From an uncultured Gemmatimonadales bacterium (GTDB lineage: Bacteria > Gemmatimonadota > Gemmatimonadetes > Gemmatimonadales > GWC2-71-9): 64,000 bases of DNA. The notes beneath the pieces were generated by a model, which saw nothing but the letters and a program-made list of their open reading frames with translations, searched no databases and had not been told where the DNA came from. A program made the translations under genes and the position numbers. Where the stretch lies: NCBI GenBank assembly GCA_963822925.1, contig CAWGJN010000001.1:217622-281621 (forward strand). The letters run 5' to 3'. Of the stretch, positions 31,101 through 40,359 are shown piece by piece (the first letter of the stretch is position 1; the number at the start of each line of letters is the position of its first letter).

Positions 31101-32162
31101 GAGAAGAGCTGGATCTCGCCGGCGCCGGTGGGGCTCCGGAGGTACTTCACGCCCACGAAGCCCGGACCACCGAAGAACGGCGGGCCCCAGATCGTCGGGT
31201 TGTCGTACTGCTCACCGGTGGACGGGTCGAACGTGAACGTGTGCTCGTAGCAGAAGCCCAGCGCGAACGGGATGTTCACCGAGCAATAGTTCGTGCCGGC
31301 TGACGACACGTCCATGTCGGCCGCGAAGGCCGAGAAGAGGCTGTCGATCGCATAACCGCCCGCCGGCAGGTTCACCCGGAACTTGGCGTTGTTGCTGGAC
31401 ACGAACGTGGCGCCCAGCTGCTGCATGGTGGGACGGATCGCCGGCCGGACCGCGGAGTACGCGGCCGGGTCGCTCGCCGTCACGTTGTAGAACGTGAAGG
31501 TGAAGTAGACGATGTCCTCGTTGCCCGTCGGGTAGTTCCACCCCAGGCCGCGGGACTCGACCGCGACACCGAGCGGGTGCGGGCGTCCGGCGATGAGGCT
31601 CGGGTTGCCGTCCCAGGTCACGAACCAGACGTCACCCTGCGACGCCGAGATGATGCCCCGGAGCACCGGGTTGTAGAAGTTGTCGGCCTCGTTGATCTCG
31701 ACCGGCACGCGCGCGGCATCGGGCCACGCGCCGGCGTCCGCCGGGTTCTGGAAGTTGTAGATCGGCTCGACGCCGTCGCCGTGCTCCGTCGTGCCCTTGG
31801 GATCGAAGAAGAAGGCGCCGGAGACGTCGCCGTCCCACGCGCCACCGGGGTTGCTCGACCTTGCCGGCGATCTGCAGGCCGGAGTTGAAGACGAACTGGT
31901 TGCCGGTGCCCTTCGGCCAGAAGCCGCCGCCGATGGTCGACGAGTTCGTCGAGTCCACGCCGATGTTGCCCTTGGACGAACTGAGGCCCAGGTACACCCG
32001 GTTGACGGTCATGGCTCCCAGCGTACGGGCGAACAGGCGGAAGCCCCGCGGGCGCGCGCCCGGCTCAGGCTTTGCCGCGGCCGTCGCGGGAATGAGTGCG
32101 GCCAACGCCAGCGCCAGCAGTCCTCCCGCCGCGAGGCTTCTCGAACGCAACAAGACTTTCAT
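28149..32162 (-). pseudogene. Large secreted protein (about 1330 codons) with a T9SS/FlgD-Ig-like C-terminal domain; the reading frame is interrupted many times
   Basis: Signal-peptide ORF 31632..32162 (MKVLLRSRSLAAGGLLALALAALIPATAAA). C-terminal beta-sandwich ORF 28149..28472 (...AIIRIYTSSGILVSMLEHN...WNLRNRNNQVVASGVYFYMIEAGD...). Ten further overlapping minus-strand ORFs in all three frames have protein-like stretches that abut end to end. See the findings for junctions. Confidence 0.75.
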
Positions 32163-32240
32163 TGCCGTCCTCTCAGAGTAGAAGCGCAGCCGGGCCCGAC
32201 CGAACCTGGTACGGTTCGGCCGAGCCGGAGATGCACCACG

Positions 32241-35200
32241 TTAGAAAGTGAACTCCACGCCGAGCCGCAGTTGTGTTCCCGCCCCATAGAAGTAGGTCGG
32301 TGCGGCCTGGTTCGCGTAGTAAAGCGCATTTGAAGCGTTCAGCTGCTCATCCACGGTGTAGATGCCGTCGCCGTTGCCGTAGCGCTGTTCTGCCCGGATC
32401 AGGTAGACGCAGTTCGGGACCGACGGGTCGTTGGAGGCGTTGACCCAGTCGCCGCAACCGCTGGCGCCGGCGCCACCGAACGTGAGGTTCATGGTACCAG
32501 TCTCCTCGTCGTACACGCCGTTCCCGACGCCTTCCTGCGCATTCCGGCGTGCTGTCCGCCGTGAAGTTCTGCTCCCGCTCGATCTCGCTCGTGATGCTGT
32601 TCGTGGTGACGTACTGGGTCAGCACGTTCGTGAAGTTCAGGATGTTCCGGGCATCAAGGTACAGGGACAGCTGGCTGCCGCCCAGGTTGAAGCCCTTCAC
32701 GAAGCGCATGTCGAACTGCTTGAAGGTCGGCAGCCGCTCGCTGTTGAGGCCGCTGACGAAGCCGCCGCGGCCACAGACCTGGCCCGTGAGCACCGACTGG
32801 TTGCCGTCGGGCACTCCGCAGGCCGTGTACGCCGTGCCACTGGCGAACCGGAACACCGCGTAGACCTGGAAGTTCTGCAGGATCGAGCCGATCGTCGAGC
32901 CCGCGTTCCACCCGTTCGGGAACGTAAGCGCCAGGCTGCCGACCAGGTTGTGCGGGCGCGACAGTGCGACCGGCGCAATGGCCTGCGGGGGCGGCTGGTT
33001 GCCGCCGGTAACCTGGTTCACGACCCGCGACCCGAAGTTGATGTAGGTGAACGGGTCGGTGCCGGTGTTGCTCGCGTTCGTGTAGCTGTACCCGAGCGTG
33101 CCGTTGAACAACTGCCCGAAGCGACGGTTCAACCGCAGGTCGAGACCCTTGGTGTTGCCGAAGTCCGAGTTCGTGATGAGCCGCAGGTCCTGGTTCTGCG
33201 TGGTGAGCGGATCGAACGAGCTCACCAGGCGGCCGGCGGCGTTCGCGAGGTTGTCGCGGTTGTAGGCCGAGATGTCCAGCACCATGTCGTCGTTGAAGGC
33301 GTGCTGGATGCCGAACTCGAAGATGATCGACTTGCCGTAGTCGACGTTCTGGCCGTACACGTTGTTGGTGTTCGTGACGCTGATGTCGGTATTGATGCCG
33401 CTGAGCGTGAGCGCGAAGTCCGGCGACTGCACCGCCTGGGCATACGAGAGGCGGAAGTTGGTCCGCTCGGTGACCGGGAAGGCCACCTGCACGCGCGGGC
33501 TGATGTAGTCGAACGACTCGTCGGCCACGTACAGGTCCGTCGGGTTCTGGCCCGGCTCGAGCGCCGGGTTGGTGGAGATACGGGGGAAGCCCGTCCACCG
33601 GCTCGCGTTGGTGCTGAAGTGGTCGTACCGCACGCCGACCTGCACCACGACGTCACCGATGTCGAGACGATCCTGGATGAACGCCGCGTAGCGAGTCGGC
33701 TTTTCCGCCCAGAAGTCGGAGAACGCCTGGCTGGCGATCTGGGCCGCGTAGCTGGTCATGTCGTAGCTTGACGTACTCGCCACCGAGCTGGATACGGTTG
33801 TAACGGTCGAGCTGCCAGTCGAGCGTGGCGTTCCCGACCCACCGGTTCTCCTTGTACAGCTGGAGAAACGCGTTGCTGAGACCGCCGTCGGGGAACGTCT
33901 GCGCCAGGCCGTACGGGTTGGAGCGATAGGTCACCTGGGCCGTGTGCGCGTTGACCGAGTCGGCGTTGTTGAGGTCGATCGCGCCGAGGCAGGTCTTTTC
34001 GTTCCGGATGAAGCAGTCGAGCTTCGTGAGGGTCTGCCCGTCGATGTCGTACGTCTGGTCGATCAGGTCGAAGCCGTACTGCAGCGGGATCGGGCTGAAG
34101 TAGAAGCCCAGCGTTCCCGTACCCGGCCCGCCATCCGCGAACGGGCTGAAGATGAACCGATCGGTCTGGTACGACAGGTTCACGTCGAGGGCCAGGGCGC
34201 GCTCCGCCGACTTGGACAGGTTCTGGGTCCAGTTCAGCGTGTAGACGGCGTTCTGCGCCCGGAAGCCAGCCTGCTGGTTGGCCGGCATGTTCGGGTTCAG
34301 CACGTTGAAATAGCTGCTAGGGCGCCGGGTACGTTGGCGTAGCTCCGACCCTGGTTCTGGCTGCCGGCGCCGCCAATGCGCAGGCGCGAGCCATTGCCGT
34401 AGGAGAAGTTGATGTTGGCACCAAGCTGGGCGGCGGAGAAGCTGGAAAACGGCACGCGCGCGCCGTGGCAGCTCTCACCGTTGTTGGACGCGATGTCCGC
34501 GTTGGAATTGCCGGCAAACGTATTGCAATCGCCGGTATAGATCGAGTACTGGTTGACGTCGACGGGCGCGGTTTCGTCGCCGACCCCGGTCGGGTTCTGC
34601 ACCGTCGTGTCGACACCCGTCGCGACGAACAACGGGACATCCTCCCGGCCCTTGCCGGCCCGAATCGATTCGTTGCCCTCGCCAGCGACGTTCAAGGCAA
34701 AGGTGAGCCCCTTGAGCACGAGCGGGCCGCTCAAGTTGCCCTCGAACCGGTTGTAACCCATGCCCATGGTCGAGCCGAACATCTCGTCGGACTCGGCCGA
34801 GAGCCGGCCGGCGAACTTGTTTCCGCCCGTGCGCGACGTGAGGTTGACGATGCCGGACTGGGCGTTGCCGTACTGCGCCGCCGCGGCACCGGTGGTGACC
34901 GACACTTCTTCGAAGCCGTTGGTGCCCATGGTGACGCCCGAAGCGCTCGATGCGCCGCCGGCGTTCGTCGAACCGGTGCTGTTCGCCCCGTTCGAGGCGG
35001 TCGTACCGGCGGCCACGAACCCGTTGCCGCGGTTGCCCGGCTGCGTGGAGACGCCGTCAACGTAGGTCGCCGCTTCGTCCGTCCGGCCGCCGCGAATCGA
35101 GAGCTGCGTGCCGTTGCCTTCCGCCACGACGCCCGGCTGCAACTGCAGCACCTGGCCCACCCGGTCGACCGGCAGGTTCTCGGTGAACTGACCGTCGATG

Positions 35201-35625
35201 CGCTGCTTCGTCGTGACTTCGTCGCGGGGCACCAGCGCGTTGGCCGCCGTGCTGACCGTGAGGGAGTCGAGGACGACCGTCGCCTTCTCGAGCTGGATGT
35301 CCTGGGTGATCGTCTGTCCCGCGAGGATCTTCACGCCCTCGATCTCGGTCTTCTTGTATCCGATGAAGGCCCCGCGCACCGCCACCGTAGAGGCGGGAAT
35401 GTTGTTGATGAAGTAGTAGCCCTGGGCGTTCGTGAGTGCACTGAATGCGGTGCCCACGATGAATACCTGGGCACTCTGGATCGGCGCACCCGCCTGATCC
35501 CGCACTTTGCCTTCGAGCTTACCAGTCTGTGCCGCGAGCGCTCCCGCGCTGGCGAACAGCAGCACTGCCGACAACGCGAAACGTCTCGCGAGTCGGGCGA
35601 AGGCGCTGACTCCGCTTTGTGTCAT
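32241..35625 (-). pseudogene. TonB-dependent receptor with carboxypeptidase-regulatory-like domain, interrupted by three frameshifts
   Basis: ORFs 34297..35682, 33653..34303, 32347..33783 and 32241..32516 join at about 34315-34330 (RSYANVPG / SSYFNVLNPNMPA), about 33760-33775 (QLGGEYV / SYDMTSYAAQ) and about 32545-32560 (EREQNFTADS / RRNAQEGVGNGVYDEETG). ATG 35625 is preceded by AGGAGGAAGG. Signal peptide ...SAGALAA|QTG. C-terminus LGVEFTF. Confidence 0.8.
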
Positions 35626-35842
35626 AGAAGCCTTCCTCCTGGGCGTAAACCGCGCTGCTAATCCACTCATCAATGCGATCACCGCTGGAGCGGGCGCTCC
35701 GGAGCATTCGTTGAGGGAAACGAATACGCCTCAGCGGCGCACTGCGCTGCTTCGCGCTAGCGCGCGAAGCGTTCTTCCTTGGGTCGAGAGACTGCTGGGG
35801 TTGTGCAACGGAACTCCGTCCTGGCCGGGACGGCGCGAGACA

Positions 35843-35871
35843 AGTATGAAGTGCGGTACCGTCGGTGTCAA
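35843..35871 (-). promoter_or_regulatory. Sigma-70-like promoter for the receptor gene (TTGACA-17 nt-CATACT)
   Basis: On the minus strand: TTGACA (35866-35871), a 17-nt spacer, then CATACT (35843-35848). It lies about 210 nt upstream of ATG 35625, leaving a long hairpin-rich leader. Confidence 0.4.
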
Positions 35872-35981
35872 GCAACGGCGACCGGGCCGTGATGTTCCGG
35901 TGACCGTCCGTAACTGCCTGAAACGCCTGCGGATACCCGGAAAGCAACGTTGGGGATTGCGACAACAGCGCGCCCCACACC

Positions 35982-37158
35982 TTACGCCTCGATGATCAGC
36001 TCCCGCTGGGCCCCGGCGGGGGTCACGAAGGCCTCGCCCGGGGTCAGGTACATGTTCACTTCGCTCCGCACCCCGAACCGGCCGGCAAGATAGATCCCCG
36101 GCTCGACCGAAAAGCCGGTTCCGGCCAGCAGTTGCCGGTCGTCATGGGTCTCGTAGTCGTCCAGGTGCGGTCCCGACCCGTGCAGCCGGTGGTCGATGGA
36201 GTGCCCCGTCCGGTGGACGAACGCACTCGCCGAACCCGGCGGCGGTGATCACGCCACGGGACACCCGGTCCACCTCGAACCCACGGATCGGGCGTCCCGC
36301 CGACCACCCCGACTGCACGAACTCGATCGCCGCATCCCGGGCATCGCGGACCGTCTTCCACACCTTCTGCACGTCGGTCGGCGGCCGGCGCCCGCTGAAG
36401 CCCATCCAGGTCTGGTCAGCGTAGACGGCGCCAAGCCGGCGCCCACCCCACAGGTCCAGCAGCACCACTTCGTCCCGCGCCAGCGCCCGGTCGTCTCCCG
36501 CGCGCGGCTCATAGTGCGGATTGGCGGCGTTCGGCCCGAAGCCGACGATCGGCGGGTGATCGAAATCGAGTCCGCCAGCGCGGATCGCATCGATGACTTC
36601 CTGCTGGAGCGCACTCTCGGTGAGCCCGGTACCACCGGCCGTGACCGCGCGTCGCAGGGCCTGTTGCGCCACGCGCGCCAGGACTGCCGCCGCGGCAAGA
36701 TGATCGGCCAGGTCGTCGGCACTCCAGGTGGAGGCGAACCGGGTCACCAGCGGTGCCGACGGCACCACCGTGGCGCCAAGCTTCTCGAGCAGCTGCACCA
36801 CGCCACTCGGCACCCGGTCGAGGTATGGCACCGCATCGTCGACCGCCACTTCCATAGCGACACGCTTTCCGCCGACCACGGCGCGGAGCGCCGCATGCAG
36901 TTCCTCCCAGCGGGAGTAGGGCATGATGCGCCCGGGGAAACCGGCCACCGACTGGAGTTCGATCCGGTGCGCCACGGCCACCGCCTCGCCGGTGCGTGGC
37001 AGGTAGACGAACAGCCGTCGACTGCCCATGCCGCCAATGCCGAGCACCTGGCCCAGCACCGGGTTTACGCCCTGGAAGTCGTAGAGCAACCATCCATCGG
37101 CCCCCGCCACCTCGAGCGCCGCGGCCAGCTCGGCACGATCCGGCGTCACCAGGGTCAT
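35982..37158 (-). pseudogene. M24-family metallopeptidase (Xaa-Pro aminopeptidase-like), interrupted by one frameshift
   Basis: ORF 36142..37218, trimmed to ATG 37158 (MTLVTPDRAEL), is good to ...VITAAGFGE. A different frame continues FVHRTGHSIDHRLHGSGPHLDDYETHDDRQLLAGTGFSVEPGIYLAGRFGVRSEVNMYL...ELIIEA to TAA at 35982-35984. The junction is at about 36215-36232. Confidence 0.8.
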
Positions 37159-37784
37159 CGATACCCTTCCGCCTCGGCCCAATGCCACACACAGACCACG
37201 TCGCCCCGTGAGCGACAACGGTCGTGCGTCATCGCCCCTTCCATTCCCGCGAGCAGTCGCAGCAGTTCGGCCAGCATCGCTCCGATGAAGCCACAGGCCC
37301 CGCCATCGGGCATCGCCGCGATCGTAAGTGGCTCGGCAACACGCGCTTCCACGGCTCTCCCGGCGCCGCGGAGTTCGACCCCAAGGGTGCGGGACGCCAC
37401 GCGCGACGCGGTGCGGAATCCCATCCGCCGGCTCATACCTCCCGGTGCCACCTTGATCAATGCGCGCGCGCCGCGCCCGGCCGCCTTGGCGGCATGACGC
37501 GCCGCCCGACGGCCGGCATCGGCAAAGGCGAGCTGAGCATCGACCCGCCGCCCGACCAGCCTGATCACGCCAAGCGCTTCGTCCTGCGGGACTTGTTCTC
37601 CCCGCTCCACCGCTTCCTCGTAGCGTTCGATCTGGGCGGCGACCGTTTCGCTCAGGCCGAAGCGCTTGGCCACCATCTCGCTGGCCAGTTCCTCGAGCCC
37701 ATCATCGAGTGGGGCGTCGAGGTTTCGCAGCGCCTGGAGAAGGCTGAGCGGAATCAGGGCGGGGACGGTGGACCGTGCTGTCAT
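37155..37784 (-). CDS. V4R (4-vinyl-reductase-type) small-molecule-binding domain protein
   Basis: ORF 37155..38444 trimmed to ATG 37784 (209 aa); the upstream part is Arg/Pro-rich and antisense to the DUF92 gene. The C-terminal GGACGFIGAMLAELLRLLAG...THDRCRSRGDVVCVWHW fits the V4R Cys pattern. The stop overlaps the M24 gene start (ATGA). Confidence 0.55.
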   Translation of the reverse strand: MTARSTVPALIPLSLLQALRNLDAPLDDGLEELASEMVAKRFGLSETVAAQIERYEEAVERGEQVPQDEALGVIRLVGRRVDAQLAFADAGRRAARHAAKAAGRGARALIKVAPGGMSRRMGFRTASRVASRTLGVELRGAGRAVEARVAEPLTIAAMPDGGACGFIGAMLAELLRLLAGMEGAMTHDRCRSRGDVVCVWHWAEAEGYR

Positions 37785-37869
37785 GTGATGGCGATCACAA
37801 AGTAATCGACGGGCATTCCCCTCTCTAGGGTGCTTGCGCCGTGACCGGGCAGGCGGGGACATTGGCCAC

Positions 37870-38655
37870 ATGAAGCCTGACCCCCTGATATCGGTGCTGG
37901 TAGCGGTAGCGCTTTCGGCGGGGGGATGGGCGGCGAGGGCCCTGACCGGCACGGGCGCCCTGGCCGCTGGCCTTGTCGGTATTGCGGTGCTCTCTGGAGC
38001 GGGATGGCCCGGCGCCGCGGTGCTCGGTGCATTCTTCATCCTGAGCAGTGCGATCGGCCGGATCAGTCGACGCCGGGTGGCTGTCGGCGGCGACGGCAAG
38101 GGAGAGCGGCGGGATTCCTGGCAAGTGCTGGCGAACGGAGGATTCGCCGCACTGGGCGCGGTGCTCGCCGGCCGCGACATGGCCCTCGCACTCTGGGTAG
38201 TTACCGGGAGCCTGGCTGCCGCCGGCGCGGACACCTGGGCCACTGCGATCGGGACGCTGAGTCGCCGTCTGCCGCGATTGCTCCTGGTCGGCCGCCCGGT
38301 ACCCGCCGGCACCAACGGGGGTATGACCCTCCTCGGTACGGCAGGCGCCATGCTTGGTGCGGCCGTCGTCAGTGCGGCGGGCGCGTTTGCTTCCGGCATG
38401 CTGCTTCTCCTGCCGTGGGGGATCGCGATTGGCAGCGCCGGCATGGCGTTCGATTCGCTGCTGGGGGCAACGCTGCAGGGCCGTTTTCACTGCCCGGCCT
38501 GCGGAGTCGACAGCGAGTGGCGCGTGCATCGGTGCGGCAACCGGACGACACGTACCGGAGGCCTGGCATGGCTTACCAACGATGGAGTGAACGCGGCGAC
38601 TACGGCGGCAAGCGCCCTCGCCGGCTGGCTGGCGTGGCACTGTGCCTTTCCCTGA
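37870..38655 (+). CDS. DUF92 (TMEM19/VTE6-type) integral membrane protein
   Basis: ORF 37834..38655 trimmed to ATG 37870. Family-like motifs RRDSWQVLANGGFAAL, GADTWATAIGTLS and GTNGGMTLLGTAGAMLGA. C-terminal CPAC...HRC zinc-ribbon-like segment. Confidence 0.7.
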   Translation: MKPDPLISVLVAVALSAGGWAARALTGTGALAAGLVGIAVLSGAGWPGAAVLGAFFILSSAIGRISRRRVAVGGDGKGERRDSWQVLANGGFAALGAVLAGRDMALALWVVTGSLAAAGADTWATAIGTLSRRLPRLLLVGRPVPAGTNGGMTLLGTAGAMLGAAVVSAAGAFASGMLLLLPWGIAIGSAGMAFDSLLGATLQGRFHCPACGVDSEWRVHRCGNRTTRTGGLAWLTNDGVNAATTAASALAGWLAWHCAFP

Positions 38656-38671
38656 CCCGCGCTGCCCTGTG

Positions 38672-39877
38672 ATGCTGCCCGTCAAATCCTCTGCGTGTGT
38701 CGACGCACTCATCATCGGCGCCGGCCCCGCCGGCAGTGCCTCCGCCACACTGCTCGCCGAGGCGGGCTGGCGGGTACTGGCGATCGATCGCGCCACATTT
38801 CCCCGCGAGAAGCCCTGCTCCGAGTACATGAGTCCCGAGTCGGTGCGGATGCTCGACCGGCTGGGCGTCACAGCCGAACTCTGCTCGGCGGGCGCAGCGT
38901 CGCTCAGCGGCTCCAGCGTCACCGCCGCGCGCGGCGCCCGGCTGGTGGGTCGCTTTCCGGAGGGTCAGGGCCTGTCCATCGCGCGGCGCGAACTCGACCA
39001 TGCCCTGGTGCGCGCCGCTCGCGCCCGCGGCGTGGACGTGCTGGAGGGAACATCGTTCGAGCGCCTCATCGTGGAGGATGGTCGCGTCGCCGGCGCGCTG
39101 GTCCGCGGGCGTGACGGAGAGCCGCGGAGCATACGGGCTGCAATCACGATCGGCGCCGACGGCCTCCGGTCCCGGGTCGCCCGCGCCCTGGGCGGACAAC
39201 GTCTCGGATGGCCGGCCCGCATGGCCTTTGTCGCCCATGTCGAGGGCGTGCCCGCCATGGCCGACCGGGCCGAGATGCACGTGAGCGGGCAGGGATACGT
39301 CGGGCTCAACGCGATCGGTGGCGGCATCACCAATGTCGCGCTCGTGGTGCCGCAGGCACGCGCCGCGCTCGCCGCGGGCCGTGCCGAAGCGTACTTCATG
39401 GAGGAGCTGGATCGATTCCAGGGCGTACGCGGACGGGTGGAGGCGCGGCACATCGTGCGGGAGGTCCTTGTCACAGGACCATTCGCGGCCCGGGCCCGCC
39501 GCATTACCGTTCCCGGCGCCTTGCTGGCGGGTGACGCCGCCGACTTCTTCGACCCATTTACCGGTGAGGGCATCTGCGCGGCCCTTGTGGGCGCCGAGCT
39601 GGTGGCACAGAGCGTCGGGCACGCGCGGGGCGACCTGGCCGCCATCGATCGAGCCCTCACAGTCTACCGTCGCGCACGCTGGCGTCGGTTCGCCGGAAAG
39701 TGGGCGGTCGAGCGCCTCATCGGTTACTCGATGACGGTACCCGGACTCTTCGATCATGCCGTCGCCCGTATCGGCCGGCGGCGGGGCATGGCGGATACGC
39801 TCGTAGGCGTTACCGGCGCCGTGCTGCCGGCACGCGCGGTTCTCAATCCTTTCTTCCTCGCCCGGATGGTCCTGTGA
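38672..39877 (+). CDS. FAD-dependent oxidoreductase, geranylgeranyl reductase family
   Basis: ORF 38642..39877; ATG 38672 is preferred. Dinucleotide fold DALIIGAGPAGSASATLLAEAGWRVLAIDRATFPREKPCSEYM. GADGLRSRVA and GDAADFFDPFTGEGI are typical of the family. Confidence 0.8.
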   Translation: MLPVKSSACVDALIIGAGPAGSASATLLAEAGWRVLAIDRATFPREKPCSEYMSPESVRMLDRLGVTAELCSAGAASLSGSSVTAARGARLVGRFPEGQGLSIARRELDHALVRAARARGVDVLEGTSFERLIVEDGRVAGALVRGRDGEPRSIRAAITIGADGLRSRVARALGGQRLGWPARMAFVAHVEGVPAMADRAEMHVSGQGYVGLNAIGGGITNVALVVPQARAALAAGRAEAYFMEELDRFQGVRGRVEARHIVREVLVTGPFAARARRITVPGALLAGDAADFFDPFTGEGICAALVGAELVAQSVGHARGDLAAIDRALTVYRRARWRRFAGKWAVERLIGYSMTVPGLFDHAVARIGRRRGMADTLVGVTGAVLPARAVLNPFFLARMVL

Positions 39878-40356
39878 CCCAGAACGCCGTTGACCAGGCA
39901 CAGTTCCGCCAGCTGCTGGGCCGGTTCGCCACCGGAGTCACCGTGATCACTGCCCGCGACGCGGACGGGCGGCCACACGGCATGACCGCGAACAGCCTCG
40001 CCTCGGTGTCGCTCGAGCCCCCGCTGATCCTCCTGTCGATCGACCACGAGGCGTCCATGCACGGCCTGCTGGTCACGTCTCCCGTGTTCGCGGTGAACAT
40101 CCTGGCGAGCAACCAGGAAACCGTGAGCCGGCGCTTTGCCCAGGACCGGGAGGAGCGATTTGACGGGATCGGCTACCAGGAGAGCCCGCGGGGGCTCATC
40201 CTCCTCGACAGCGCCCTCGCGCACATCGAATGCGAGCGCGTCGCTACGCACGAAGCCGGCGATCATACCATCCTCGTGGGCCTCGTGGTGGCGGGCAATG
40301 CGAGCGACGGCCGTCCGCTCTGCTACTTCCGCGGCGGGTACGCGTCGCTGGCCTGA
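39874..40356 (+). CDS. Flavin reductase (FMN-binding split-barrel)
   Basis: GTG 39874 overlaps the previous stop (GTGA). FRQLLGRFATGVTVITARDADGRPHGMTANSLASVSLEPPLILLSI is the flavin reductase domain signature region. Confidence 0.85.
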   Translation: MTQNAVDQAQFRQLLGRFATGVTVITARDADGRPHGMTANSLASVSLEPPLILLSIDHEASMHGLLVTSPVFAVNILASNQETVSRRFAQDREERFDGIGYQESPRGLILLDSALAHIECERVATHEAGDHTILVGLVVAGNASDGRPLCYFRGGYASLA

Positions 40357-40359
40357 TCG

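Noticed and set aside
28149-32162. Possibility that the large gene upstream of porV is porU (the T9SS C-terminal signal peptidase), as in the Bacteroidetes porU-porV pairs
   Set aside because: The position and size fit, but I could not recognise a gingipain/C25-type His/Cys catalytic pattern in the reconstructed sequence. I left it as a generic CTD-bearing secreted protein; an HMM search would settle this.
37785-38444. N-terminal extension of ORF 37155..38444
   Set aside because: It is Pro/Ala/Arg-rich and antisense to the DUF92 gene. The V4R protein starts plausibly at ATG 37784.
38672-40356. Flavin-dependent halogenase plus partner flavin reductase
   Set aside because: The flavoprotein shows geranylgeranyl-reductase-type motifs, and I found no WxWxIP-type halogenase motif. 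The reductase pairing alone is not diagnostic.
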